64,000 bases of DNA from Candidatus Kuenenia stuttgartensis (GCA_945891385.1 CAMDDJ010000004.1:3932-67931); one strand, 5' to 3'. Counted from the first letter of the stretch, positions 45,556-55,525 are shown. Translations and numbers: made by a program. Notes: a model not told the origin generated them from the letters alone.

Positions 45556-46401
45556 TCACTCCATCACGACCGTCCGCCGGCCATGAACGAAGACCCGCTC
45601 TTCGAGCACGAGGCGGACGGCCCGCGCAAGCACGAGTTTTTCCACGTCGCGGCCCGCCTGCGCCATCCGCTCGGGCGTGTCGGCATGGTCGACCGGGGTC
45701 ACGTCCTGGGCGATGATCGGGCCGTCGTCCAGCTCGGCCGTCACGAAGTGGGCCGTCGCGCCGATCAGCTTCACGCCCCGGGCGAAGGCCTGACGGTAGG
45801 GGCTCGCGCCGGCGAAGGCCGGGAGGAAGGAGTGGTGGATGTTGATCATCCGTCCCGCATACCGCGCGACGAACTCCGGGGAGAGGATCCGCATGTAGCG
45901 GGCGAGTACGACATATTCCGGTTGATAGGCGTCGATCGCAGCCGCGAGCATCGCCTCGTGGTCGCCACGGGCCACGCCCTCATGGGACACGTGGGTGAAC
46001 GGCACCCCGAATCGCTCCACGAGTGAGCGGAGCAGGTCGTGATTGCTCACGACGCCCACGATCCGCCCTGGCAGTTCGCCCACGGCATCGAGTAGCAGGA
46101 GTTCGCCGAGGCAGTGCGGCTCGCGGGTGGCGCAGACAACGATCGGTCGTCGCTCGTCTCGGGTGACACGGACGCGGGCGCCCGCGGGCAGCACCGCCTC
46201 GAGATCGGTCCGCACCCGCTCGGCCACCACCGGGCCGTCGGCCGGCGCAACCTCGGCCCGGAAGAAAAAGTGCTTCGTCGAGGCATCCACGAACTCGTGG
46301 TTGGCCTCGATGTTGAGCCGCCGCTGCTCCAGCACCCCGGTGATCCGGTGGATCAGGCCCACGGCGTCGGGGCAATCGATGAGAATGATCTGGCGCGACA
46401 T
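45556..46401 (-). CDS. purU: formyltetrahydrofolate deformylase
   Basis: Start at MSRQIILIDCPDAVGLIHRITG (ACT domain). Motifs: VVLARYMRILSPEF, INIHHSFLPAFAGASPY, GVKLIGATAHFVT..LDDGPII. Confidence 0.9.
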   Translation of the reverse strand: MSRQIILIDCPDAVGLIHRITGVLEQRRLNIEANHEFVDASTKHFFFRAEVAPADGPVVAERVRTDLEAVLPAGARVRVTRDERRPIVVCATREPHCLGELLLLDAVGELPGRIVGVVSNHDLLRSLVERFGVPFTHVSHEGVARGDHEAMLAAAIDAYQPEYVVLARYMRILSPEFVARYAGRMINIHHSFLPAFAGASPYRQAFARGVKLIGATAHFVTAELDDGPIIAQDVTPVDHADTPERMAQAGRDVEKLVLARAVRLVLEERVFVHGRRTVVME

Positions 46402-46460
46402 GCGGGGGGCGGCCTCGAGAAAGAGCCGCTCAACCTTACCCTCGTTTTTCGTGAGCGGCT

Positions 46461-48932
46461 CTAGCGTCGTTCGCGGGGCACCCAGGCGAGGACGACGTCT
46501 TCGACGGTGGTGTCGGTCTTGCGGGCCGGGATTTCGAGTCGCTCGAGCGGGATGCGTTCCGGGGCCGACTCGAGCCGGATCCGCTCGAGGTCGGCCTCGA
46601 TCTCGGCCTCCAGTTCCCGCCGCCTGTCTTCGAGGTTTGCGAGGCTTTCCTCGGCGTGGGCCACGTCGGCCTGCTGGCGGGTGGCGCGGCTGGCCGACCG
46701 CATCGAGGTGGCCGCCTTGCCGATCGTCGTGGAGCTGATTGTCTTGCGGCCGAGGAGGGCGCCGAGCACCGCCGAGCCGATCGAGACGTAGGTCTGCATC
46801 GACTTGTTCTGGGCCTCGGCCCGTTCCCGTTCGACCTTCTGGCGGGCGCGATCGATCCTGTCGGTGAGCGTGGCGAGTTTGGTGGCCTGCTTGGCTCGCA
46901 CCTTCTCCATCTCGGCGTCGCGCCACTCCCGCACCTGCCGACTGATCCGACTGCGGAAGTCGGCCTCCGATTCACCCGGCCACGAGACGGCGTCGATGGC
47001 CGGTGCCTTCCAGGCGACGAGCTTTGATGTGCGGGCGAGCCAACCCTTGAGCGCCGCTGCGAGCTGCGCATAGCCGCGGGGGCCGGCGAGGACCGGAGGC
47101 ACTGCCGCGAATGAACCCGGCCGCGGGGCAGGCTCGATGGCCGGCGGCTCGGCGAGCACTCGGCTCGTGTCCCAGGCCGATTCACCCACGGCGTCGCCGG
47201 CCGGCGCGAGGCAGATCGTCTCCCGATATTCCTCGATCCCGGCCGAGGCGAGCGAGTACCGAACGATCGCCCGGCCGAGCACGTGGGGCTCGTAGAAGAC
47301 ACGGCCGTCGGGTGTGAGCGGCCCGGCCGGTGAAAAGAAGACTTCCCGAACGCCCGGTGGCAGGATCGGCCGCGGCCCTCCGCTGAGCGGCAGCGGCTCT
47401 TCGGCCTCGGCCCGCGGCCGCTCGGTCGCGTTCGGCGTGCCGGTGGCAGGTGGCGGAACGCCCCCGGTGAGCCGCCGAATCTCCTCACGCAGGAGCGGCC
47501 CCCTGAGATACGACATCGTCCAGCGTGTCTGGAAGAGGGTCTCCTCGTCGCCGTGGACCGAGTGCATCAGGAATCGGCGCTGCTCGAGTCCCGAGAGGAG
47601 GCGGTCGAGCTGGCCGCGATCGAAGGATCCGCCGGTCGTGGCGGCCGCTCCCTCCAGACCGTCGAGCACCCGGGCCTTGTCGCGAGCGGTCTGCAGCCGG
47701 CCCAGGAACCAGAGGCCGGCGTTGGCCAGGCCCTTGTAGTCGAGGTCGACGGGATTCTGGGTGGCCAGCACCACGCCGAGCCCGTAGGCCCGGGCCTGCT
47801 TCATGAGCGTGAGGATCGGCTGCTTGCTCGGGGGATTTGCGACCGGCGGCACGTAGCCGAAGACCTCGTCCATTAGAAAGAGCGCCCGCAGCGAACTCGT
47901 GCCAGGCTGCGATCGCATCCAGGCCACCGCCTGGCCGGCCAGGAGCGTGACAAAGGCCATCCGCTGGGCGTCGGGGAGGTGCGCGATCGAGACGACGGCC
48001 ACGCGTGGCGTTCCTTCCGGAGTCCAGAGCAGGTGGCCCACGTCGAGCGGCGTTCCCTCGAGCCAGGCGTCGAAACCGGGCGCGGCGGCGATCGTATTGA
48101 GCTTCGTGGCAAGCTGAAAGCGTTCGCCCGCGGGATAGAAGTTTTCGAGGTCGAGAAACCCGATCCGCTCGATCGGCGGAGCGGGGATCGTGCGGACGAG
48201 CGTGCCGAAATCGACCCTTCGGCCGCTCTTCCACAGGCCGTCCACGATCGCCGAGAGAAGCACGTGGTCGCGGCTGGTACCCGGCTCCCCGGGCAGGCCC
48301 GCCAGCGCCAGGATTCCGGACACGAGCGACTCGATCCGTTCCCGCCGCGCTTCGGGATCGTCGAGCACATCCGGTGGCGGCGGGTCGAGACTCGCGAGCA
48401 TCGCCAGCGGCGTGCCGCTGCGGCTTCCGGGTGTGTAGACCGTCATCTCGGCCGCCTCGCGAAGCCGGCGGATGCGATCGCCTGACTGGCCCGACGCGGC
48501 GAGTCCATCCGACCATTTCCGTGCGGTCCGCGCGGCGAGTTCACTGACGGAAACCCCCTCTCGGCGGGCCGCCTCGGGATCGACCCAGGGCTCGAAGTCG
48601 GTCGGGGCGAGGTCGGGAAACGAGAGCAGGACGTTGGCGAGATCCCCCTTGGGGTCGATCACGAGCGTCGGGATGCCGTCGAGGGCGGCCTCCTCGATCA
48701 GGCCGACGAGCAGCCCGGTCTTGCCACTGCCGGTCATGCCGACGCAGACGGCATGGGTGGTGAACCGGCGGGCGTCGATCAGGAGCGGTTCGGCCGTGGG
48801 GTCGCCGGTGTCATCCAGCTTCGTTCCGAGGTAGAAAACCCCCAGACCTTCGATCCGGTCGGCGAGGTCTGCGTCGTCCTGGTTCGGCTCGACCGCCCGT
48901 CCTGCGGCTGCATCACTGCTTCGCGTTGCCAT
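46461..48932 (-). CDS. HerA/FtsK-superfamily P-loop ATPase (DUF87-like) with long C-terminal coiled-coil region
   Basis: Start at MATRSSDAAAG. Motifs: VGMTGSGKTGLLVGLIEEA (Walker A), ALFLMDEVFGY (Walker B), VVLATQNPVDLDYKGLANAGLWFLGRLQT. The C-terminal ~200 aa is rich in heptad-like E/R/A sequence with one hydrophobic segment (YVSIGSAVLGALLG). Confidence 0.7.
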   Translation of the reverse strand: MATRSSDAAAGRAVEPNQDDADLADRIEGLGVFYLGTKLDDTGDPTAEPLLIDARRFTTHAVCVGMTGSGKTGLLVGLIEEAALDGIPTLVIDPKGDLANVLLSFPDLAPTDFEPWVDPEAARREGVSVSELAARTARKWSDGLAASGQSGDRIRRLREAAEMTVYTPGSRSGTPLAMLASLDPPPPDVLDDPEARRERIESLVSGILALAGLPGEPGTSRDHVLLSAIVDGLWKSGRRVDFGTLVRTIPAPPIERIGFLDLENFYPAGERFQLATKLNTIAAAPGFDAWLEGTPLDVGHLLWTPEGTPRVAVVSIAHLPDAQRMAFVTLLAGQAVAWMRSQPGTSSLRALFLMDEVFGYVPPVANPPSKQPILTLMKQARAYGLGVVLATQNPVDLDYKGLANAGLWFLGRLQTARDKARVLDGLEGAAATTGGSFDRGQLDRLLSGLEQRRFLMHSVHGDEETLFQTRWTMSYLRGPLLREEIRRLTGGVPPPATGTPNATERPRAEAEEPLPLSGGPRPILPPGVREVFFSPAGPLTPDGRVFYEPHVLGRAIVRYSLASAGIEEYRETICLAPAGDAVGESAWDTSRVLAEPPAIEPAPRPGSFAAVPPVLAGPRGYAQLAAALKGWLARTSKLVAWKAPAIDAVSWPGESEADFRSRISRQVREWRDAEMEKVRAKQATKLATLTDRIDRARQKVERERAEAQNKSMQTYVSIGSAVLGALLGRKTISSTTIGKAATSMRSASRATRQQADVAHAEESLANLEDRRRELEAEIEADLERIRLESAPERIPLERLEIPARKTDTTVEDVVLAWVPRERR

Positions 48933-49068
48933 CGCTTGGTTCTCCCGCTGGCCCGTCTGCCGCCGGGGCCTTCGGCGGGGCCGCGGGGTGTCTGATGCGG
49001 CCGAGCGTCTACCATACATAACCGGCGAGTAGCGGCCGGTTTTTCACCACCCTCGGCAGCTCACCAGA

Positions 49069-49524
49069 ATGGATCAGCCGTTCTCAAGTCAGTCTCCTCC
49101 CCCCGCCTGGATGGGCCGCTGGCTCGTGGCAGCTGGTGTCTACAACCTGGCCTGGGGAGCGTTGACGGTGCTCTATCCGGGTTGGCTGTTCGACCTCACC
49201 GGCATGGAGCCGCCCCGGTATCCCTTCATCTGGGCGTGCGTCGGCATGATCGTGGGGGTGTACGGGATCGGCTACCTCGCCGCAGCCACCGCACCCCTTG
49301 TGCACTGGCCGATCGTGCTCGTGGGACTGCTTGGCAAGCTGTTCGGTCCGCTCGGGTATGTGGCCGGCGTGCTTCGGGGCGACGTGCCATGGGAGTTTGG
49401 TGTCACGCTTCCGACAAACGATCTGCTCTGGTGGATCCCGTTTGCCATGATCCTGGCTCGGGCCTGGCGGCAGCGGCAGTCGGCCCCGGCCCCCGATGCA
49501 TACCGGCCGGCGGAGGCGGCATGA
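49069..49524 (+). CDS. small integral membrane protein, unknown function
   Basis: 151 aa with about 4 hydrophobic segments. Its stop overlaps the next gene's start (ATGA). Confidence 0.55.
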   Translation: MDQPFSSQSPPPAWMGRWLVAAGVYNLAWGALTVLYPGWLFDLTGMEPPRYPFIWACVGMIVGVYGIGYLAAATAPLVHWPIVLVGLLGKLFGPLGYVAGVLRGDVPWEFGVTLPTNDLLWWIPFAMILARAWRQRQSAPAPDAYRPAEAA

Positions 49525-49970
49525 CCGGGGAGCAGGGCGTGCTCGTGGTGCAGTTGACTGCCTCGGCCATCATGTGCGGGATCATCTGGTTCGTGCAGGT
49601 GATCCATTACCCGCTCTTGGCGGCCGTGCCCGGTGAAGCGGGATCAGCCTACGCCCGGCTCAATCGTCGGCGGACGGCCTGGGTCGTACTGCCCCCCATG
49701 ATCGTGGAGGCCGTGACCGCCGCGTGGTGTGTGTATGCGCCGCCGACAGGCGTGTCGCGGCCGCTTGCCGTGGTGGGAAGTGGTCTGGTGGCGGCCGTCT
49801 GGATCTCCACGCTCGCCGTCCAAATGCCGCTCCACGACCGGCTCGGGCGGGAGGGATGCCGGCCCGACCTCGTTGCCCGGCTCGTCGCGAGCAACTGGCC
49901 GAGGACGATCCTGTGGACGGCCCGGGCGGCGGTTGCCGCCTGGATGGTCAGCGTGGCCGGCGGGTTCTGA
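49521..49970 (+). CDS. DUF1772-like (anthrone-oxygenase-like) membrane protein
   Basis: Start at MTGEQGVLVV. It has four TM segments, and the pattern ..FVQVIHYPL.. / ..STLAVQMPLHDRL.. resembles DUF1772. The upstream part of ORF 49182..49970 overlaps the previous gene. Confidence 0.55.
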   Translation: MTGEQGVLVVQLTASAIMCGIIWFVQVIHYPLLAAVPGEAGSAYARLNRRRTAWVVLPPMIVEAVTAAWCVYAPPTGVSRPLAVVGSGLVAAVWISTLAVQMPLHDRLGREGCRPDLVARLVASNWPRTILWTARAAVAAWMVSVAGGF

Positions 49971-52900
49971 TCAAGCCTACTAGGGCAACCGCCACAAGCA
50001 GCGGATGGGCCGGCTCGGGCACGACGGCTAGTCCCCCGGCGATCGACGGCGACGCGGCGGGCAGGTAGCCGCCCCGGGCGAACTGTCCCGCCGTCTGCAC
50101 GGCGACCAGGTCAAAGACGGTCGTCCGCCCGTCGTAGTCGAAGTCGCCGCCGCTCCATCCGCTGCTGGTCGTTCCACCGTAGCCGCTGGCCGTGTTGACC
50201 TGCACGAGATCGAAGACATCGACACTGCCGTCGAGGTTGGCGTCGCCCGATGCCGCGAAGGCGACGACGAAGCCGGCTGCTCCAGTTCCGGAATAGCCGA
50301 TCCCGCGTCCGCCGCCGGCCGCTGCCGCGACCGCCGACGTGATCCCGGTCGCCCCGTTCCAGCCGCCGCCGTTGCGGCCGGCCTGGATCGCCGTGCGGAG
50401 CTCGGTTTCGGTGATGCCTCCCGCCGCGATCGAGAGCCGGCTCACTCCGAGATCGATCCCGGCCCCGGCGAGGTCGAGGTCGAGTGCGGCCAGGCTGAGC
50501 CGTTCCACGAGCAACGAGTCGACGACGAACCGACCGGAGGCCACGCTGAGCGGTCCGGTCGGGGCTGCTGCAGCCGCCGTCACGGCCAGCGTGCCACCCT
50601 CGATCCGCGTCGGGCCAGAGACGCGGTTGGTGCCCGAGAGCGTCAGCCGTCCGTCGCCCGCCTTGACGATCCCGGCGGTGCCAAGGATCTCCGAGCCGAT
50701 CGTGGCCGCACTGCCCGCCGCCACGGCGATCCGCCCACCGGACGGGTCGCTGCCCAGGTCGATCGTGCCCGCCTGAAACGAATTCGTGCCCGCTCCCGAG
50801 ACGTCGATGCCACCGAAGGCCCTGACCGTGCCCGTCACGGTCACGGTGCTGCCATTGCCGCGGAAGACGGCCCTGGCTCCGGGCACCAGTGGCATCGGCA
50901 GCGTCGCGTTCGTGACGCCGCCCCGCCAGTCGAGTCCTGAGGTTGACCACTCGCCCGATCCCCCGGCCATGCCGTCGGCACCCGTCCAGGTGAGCGTCGC
51001 CGGCACACCCGCGGTGGCGGCGACCTTGAAGCCCTGCTGCAAGACCGCGACGTCGCCTGCCGTCACGGCGCCATCCACGTCGAGATCCCACCGCCAGAGG
51101 TCGTCGCCCGCTGCTGACAGGCCGACGCGGGTGCGGAGGATTCCCAGATCGGTCTCGTTTGCCTGGCCATCGCCGCTGAAATCGGTGCGGCGGATTTTCA
51201 CGCCGGAGAGGGCCGAGGCGGCCCCGCCAGTGCCGGCCAGGAGCGGCTCGATGGCGAGGAGGTCTCGGGCGTCGACCAGCCCGTCGCCGGTCACGTCTGC
51301 GGCGGGATTGAAGAGCGAGTTCTTTGAATTCAGCACGGCCTCGAAGCTCCCGTTGCCACCGGCGATGTCGGTGGCGGTGCGGCTGCCGTCGAAGTTGAGG
51401 TCGCCGAAGCCGGCTCCGCGGGCCGAGTCGGGCGTGAGGCCGGTGAACCGCTGGATGTTCGTCCGGCCGGTGATCTCGCGGGTGACCACGGTGTAGACGT
51501 TGTGGCCGTTCGGAACACCGAAGAACCCGGTTTTGTACAGATCGCCATCGAGCTGGTCGGTGCGGCCGAGGCCGGCGTTGGCCCACGCGAGAATCGTCGA
51601 ATCGGGCACGGTCGCGGCGACGTTCTGGAAGACGTTCACGGTCTCGGCCGTGCCGTCGGCCGAGCGGATCCAGATGTCGTTGTTGCCCGTGCCGCCGGCG
51701 AACGGCCGAAATTCCTGCACGGCCGACTCCGGTGGCAGCCGATCGACGTAGAGCACCTGCTTGAAGTCGGAATAGACCGCCGGGCCGCCGTCGCCGCCGG
51801 TGGCCGGGTTGCGATGGCGGTAGGCCCGCACGGTGAGGAAGTTCATCCCCTCGGGCAGCCCGGTGGCGTCGATCTGCTGTTCGAACAGCCCCGCGCCGGT
51901 GGCCTGGAAATAGCCCGGCCGAGCTGTGGTGGTGAAGGCCTCGAAGCCGTAGGAGACGTCGGCTGGATTGACTACATCGACGCGGCCGTTGCCGTTGAGG
52001 TCGAGCCCCTCGTTGATCCGCAGCATCGCGACGTCACCATCGGCATGCCGATCGCGGAAGCCACCGGGGAGCGTGACAGCCTGGGTCGCCAGCCGCACTG
52101 TCATGGAGTCGCCGGTGATCACTTGCATGTCGGCCAGCCGGGCCCGGGCGTTGGCCACGAGGATCTGGCCGGTCTGGCTGGCGGTCTCGCCGCCTGCGAA
52201 CTCCGGCGGGTCGTCGCCGGCGATCACCGGCCCGACGCCCGGGCCGCTGAATTCGATGCCGGCCGCAGAGCGGGGCGTGGGCAGGCCGTAGACGAGGTAG
52301 CCCTGATCACGGCCGTCGTTTCGGAGGAAGCGGCCGGTGACCGACCGGCTCGAGGCGGTGCCCGTGACCGTGAGCACCTCGGGGATCATCGTCGAGCCCG
52401 CGGCCGCGTTGGCGGCCGCGGCGTTGCCTGTGAGTTCGATCAGCCGGGAACCGACCGAAAAGTCGACCGCCATCGTGCGGGTGTCATAGCCCGCGTCGTT
52501 GCGGTTGCTGAGCATGACGAGCGCCGCCCCGCTCCGCTCGAACGCGAAGTTCTCCTTTTCCAGCCAGCGCTCGCGGTAGTCGCCTCTGCCGTAACGGTTG
52601 CGGAGATCGACGAGCGTGGTGATGGCGTCGCCAAAATTGCCCAGAGCGTCGCCTCGCCCCGGCTTGGGGAAGTCGCGAAACGGATCGTAATGCTCATAGG
52701 CGTTGTAGTAGACGACCGCATTGCCCGGCCGCATCAGCGAGAAGGCATAGGCCACGTTCATCATGTCGGGGCCGAAGTCGTCATGGCTCTGGACGAAGAC
52801 GACGCCTGACGAGCCGTTGATCAGCCCGTCGTCGTGGAAGTCGATCCCGGCATAGGCCATGGTGCGGAAGTCGTTCACCGCCCCGTTCGAAGTCAGATTC

Positions 52901-53961
52901 TGCTTGACGGGCCAGAACTGGGCGAAGTCGAGGGCGTCGCGGTTGCCGGTGATCTGTCCGGCCGGCAGCCGGCCCAGGTCCTTCCGAACGAACTGGTTGA
53001 GGAGGGTGTCGCGATCGGTCAGGGCGGCCTCGCTGAAGCTGAAGACCTGATAGGGCGAGCCGTCGAGCATCCTCCGGCGGCTGGCCCCGTAGACCGCCTG
53101 GTCGAAGTACCCGAACACCCAGGGTTCGAAGTGACGGGCGGCGTCGAGCCGAAAGCCATCGACCCCGATGTCGTTGACGAGCCAGCGGGCGTTTCGCATC
53201 AGCAGGCCGGTGGCATTCTCCGGCACGGCGTCGCCGGCCAGCGGGTCTGCTGTATTGAAGTCGTAGAGGGTGACCGTCTGGCCGGTCAGCGGGTTGAAGG
53301 CGGTCGTGCCCGGCTGGTTGCGATCGGGATAGAACCGGGCATTGGCCGGGTCGGGCCGGTTCCAGATTGTTCCCGCCGCGATGTTCCGCGAGTCGGCTGG
53401 ATTGACGGGCGTGCGGATGTACTGGAGGTTGACCTCGTGCTTGATGTCGATCAGCCCGGCAAGCCGGCCGTTCAAGTCGCCTCCCTCGAAGCGGCCGTGA
53501 AAGTCGCCATCGACGAGGCCCGGCGCGGTGAGCACAAAGCCGGGGTAGCCACCCTCGGCGATGAAGTTTGTCCGGCCGCCGTCGCTGAAGCCATTGTGGT
53601 TCCAGATCAGATCGACCACCACGCTGCCCCCGGCCTGGTGCATCATCGACGTGAAGTTCCGCAGGCCTTGTTCGGTGCCGTAGAGCGTCGTGTTCGACGG
53701 ATTTCCGAGATCGAAGCGGTCGAACACGTCGTATCCGACCGAATGGCTTCCTGAGTCGGCCCGTCCAACGGGAGGAATCCAGGTGGAGCCGTAGCCCGCC
53801 AGGAAGAAGTCCGCCACCCGTTCCCGCTGGGTTGCGTAGGACGAGTCGAACCACTGCAGGATCGCCGGCGTGGAGACATCCACGGCCCGACTCCGGTCTG
53901 CGGACACGGCGACCACCGCGAGAATGACAAAGAGTCGAATCCGAGCCATGATCCAAGCCAT
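49948..53961 (-). CDS. secreted GH13 alpha-amylase family enzyme with dockerin-like, PATR beta-strand repeats and PEP-CTERM anchor
   Basis: 1337 aa with a signal peptide. GH13 regions: VVDLIWNHNG, GFRLDAARH, VFVQSHDD. Dockerin-like repeats: DVTGDGLVDARDLL and DLDVDGAVTAGDVAVL. PATR-like: GDGRLTLSGTNRVSGPTRIEGGTLAV. The C-terminus is VVPEPAHPLLVAVALVGLIRTRRPR*. Confidence 0.85.
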   Translation of the reverse strand: MAWIMARIRLFVILAVVAVSADRSRAVDVSTPAILQWFDSSYATQRERVADFFLAGYGSTWIPPVGRADSGSHSVGYDVFDRFDLGNPSNTTLYGTEQGLRNFTSMMHQAGGSVVVDLIWNHNGFSDGGRTNFIAEGGYPGFVLTAPGLVDGDFHGRFEGGDLNGRLAGLIDIKHEVNLQYIRTPVNPADSRNIAAGTIWNRPDPANARFYPDRNQPGTTAFNPLTGQTVTLYDFNTADPLAGDAVPENATGLLMRNARWLVNDIGVDGFRLDAARHFEPWVFGYFDQAVYGASRRRMLDGSPYQVFSFSEAALTDRDTLLNQFVRKDLGRLPAGQITGNRDALDFAQFWPVKQNLTSNGAVNDFRTMAYAGIDFHDDGLINGSSGVVFVQSHDDFGPDMMNVAYAFSLMRPGNAVVYYNAYEHYDPFRDFPKPGRGDALGNFGDAITTLVDLRNRYGRGDYRERWLEKENFAFERSGAALVMLSNRNDAGYDTRTMAVDFSVGSRLIELTGNAAAANAAAGSTMIPEVLTVTGTASSRSVTGRFLRNDGRDQGYLVYGLPTPRSAAGIEFSGPGVGPVIAGDDPPEFAGGETASQTGQILVANARARLADMQVITGDSMTVRLATQAVTLPGGFRDRHADGDVAMLRINEGLDLNGNGRVDVVNPADVSYGFEAFTTTARPGYFQATGAGLFEQQIDATGLPEGMNFLTVRAYRHRNPATGGDGGPAVYSDFKQVLYVDRLPPESAVQEFRPFAGGTGNNDIWIRSADGTAETVNVFQNVAATVPDSTILAWANAGLGRTDQLDGDLYKTGFFGVPNGHNVYTVVTREITGRTNIQRFTGLTPDSARGAGFGDLNFDGSRTATDIAGGNGSFEAVLNSKNSLFNPAADVTGDGLVDARDLLAIEPLLAGTGGAASALSGVKIRRTDFSGDGQANETDLGILRTRVGLSAAGDDLWRWDLDVDGAVTAGDVAVLQQGFKVAATAGVPATLTWTGADGMAGGSGEWSTSGLDWRGGVTNATLPMPLVPGARAVFRGNGSTVTVTGTVRAFGGIDVSGAGTNSFQAGTIDLGSDPSGGRIAVAAGSAATIGSEILGTAGIVKAGDGRLTLSGTNRVSGPTRIEGGTLAVTAAAAAPTGPLSVASGRFVVDSLLVERLSLAALDLDLAGAGIDLGVSRLSIAAGGITETELRTAIQAGRNGGGWNGATGITSAVAAAAGGGRGIGYSGTGAAGFVVAFAASGDANLDGSVDVFDLVQVNTASGYGGTTSSGWSGGDFDYDGRTTVFDLVAVQTAGQFARGGYLPAASPSIAGGLAVVPEPAHPLLVAVALVGLIRTRRPR

Positions 53962-54149
53962 GAGCCGACTCCTGGCCGCCTGCCGCCCGCACGACGGCCG
54001 TCGTGGCGATCGTTCCTCTCGAAGTCGACCTTAGATCAATCCTCAGCCCATCTCAAGGAATCGGGCTTCCTGAGTAGACTCTCCGGGACGCTCTTGGCAC
54101 CTGCCCGCGTGCCGTCCACCTCCCCTGTTTTGAGGGTACCAGCCTTCCC

Positions 54150-55355
54150 ATGGCCATTCCCGCCACCCCTTCCGCTCGCGGTGTCAACGTGCTGCTCGTC
54201 GACGACCAGCCGATCATCGGTGAGGCGGTCCGCCGGATGTTGGCGGGGGAAGAGGGCGTCACCTTCCACTATTGCCAGCAAGCCCCGGCCGCTCTCGAGG
54301 TTGCAGCCGACGTGCGGCCGACCGTGATTCTCCAGGATCTGGTGATGCCGGAGATCGACGGACTCGAACTGGTCCGGCGGTATCGCAGGGACGAGCGGTT
54401 TCAGGATGTGCCGATCATCGTGCTTTCCACCAAGGAAGAGCCCGCCGTCAAGGCGGAAGCTTTCGCGATCGGAGCCAACGATTACGTCGTGAAGCTGCCC
54501 GATCGGTTGGAGCTCCTGGCGCGGGTGCGGTACCACTCCCGGGGTTACGTGGCCCTGATGGAGCGAAACGACGCCTTTGCGGCCCTCCAGAAGAGCCAAC
54601 AGGTGCTGGCCGGCGATCTGGCGACCGCAGCCGACTACGTGCGGTCGCTGCTGCCCCCGCCGCAGGAGTCAGGCGGGATCCGGGCGGATTGGCGGTTCAT
54701 TCCCTCCGCGGCTTTGGGCGGCGACGCGTTCGGCTATCACGATCTCGATGCCGAGCATTTTGCCGTCTATTTGCTCGATGTCTGTGGCCATGGAGTGGGG
54801 GCGGCGTTGCTTTCCGTCTCCGCCCTCAACGCGATTCGGAGCGAGGCCCTGCCGCAGACGAACTTTCACGATCCAGGTTCCGTGCTCGCTGCGCTCAACA
54901 AGGCCTTCCCGATGGAGCGGCAGAATGACATGTTCTTCACCGCCTGGTACGGCGTCTTTCATCGTCCCAGCCGGCGGCTTCGCTGGGCTGGAGGCGGTCA
55001 TCCTCCGGCCTTGCTCGTGTCGGACGGTGCGGCCGAGCCCCGGATGCTCGACTCCGAAGGCCCCCTGATCGGGGCCGTGGAAGGCCTGGAATTTGAGTCG
55101 GCGGAAACGACCGTGCCGGCCGGATCACGGTTGTTTGTTTACAGCGACGGAGCCTTCGAAATCATCCGGTCAGACGGCACGATGTGGCCGTTTCCAGAAT
55201 TTGTATCAGCCCTTGCGGGGGGGTTGCCGGGCGGTGGCGCGGGCGTCCGTTCGCAGGAGGGGGTTCTGGATGCCCTGCTGGCCCGAATCCGCGAAATCTC
55301 AGGCCGTGAGGATTTTCACGACGATTTTTCGATGCTCGGGCTCGTTCTGGGGTGA
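54150..55355 (+). CDS. response regulator receiver fused to PP2C/SpoIIE-type phosphatase
   Basis: 401 aa. Motifs: VLLVDDQPIIGEAV, ILQDLVMPEIDGLEL, DYVVKLP, followed by a SpoIIE-like region (DAFGYH, YLLDVCGHGVGAALLS, FVYSDG). Confidence 0.85.
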   Translation: MAIPATPSARGVNVLLVDDQPIIGEAVRRMLAGEEGVTFHYCQQAPAALEVAADVRPTVILQDLVMPEIDGLELVRRYRRDERFQDVPIIVLSTKEEPAVKAEAFAIGANDYVVKLPDRLELLARVRYHSRGYVALMERNDAFAALQKSQQVLAGDLATAADYVRSLLPPPQESGGIRADWRFIPSAALGGDAFGYHDLDAEHFAVYLLDVCGHGVGAALLSVSALNAIRSEALPQTNFHDPGSVLAALNKAFPMERQNDMFFTAWYGVFHRPSRRLRWAGGGHPPALLVSDGAAEPRMLDSEGPLIGAVEGLEFESAETTVPAGSRLFVYSDGAFEIIRSDGTMWPFPEFVSALAGGLPGGGAGVRSQEGVLDALLARIREISGREDFHDDFSMLGLVLG

Positions 55356-55452
55356 TTGGCCTAGGCGGTCGGCCGTCGAACGCAAAAAAAACGGCCATCT
55401 TGCATGGGGAATCCGAATCCGTACACTTCAAGTTTCGCGGTTTCGACCGGCC

Positions 55453-55525
55453 GCTAGCGTAGCTCAATTGGCAGAGCAGCTGATTTGTAATCAGCAGGTT
55501 GCGGGTTCAACTCCCGCCGCTAGCT
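55453..55525 (+). tRNA. tRNA-Thr(TGT)
   Basis: GCTAGCG-TA-GCTCAATTGGCAGAGC-A-GCTGA-TTTGTAA-TCAGC-AGGTT-GCGGGTTCAACTCCCGC-CGCTAGC-T. The cloverleaf was folded by hand; the anticodon is TGT. Confidence 0.9.
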
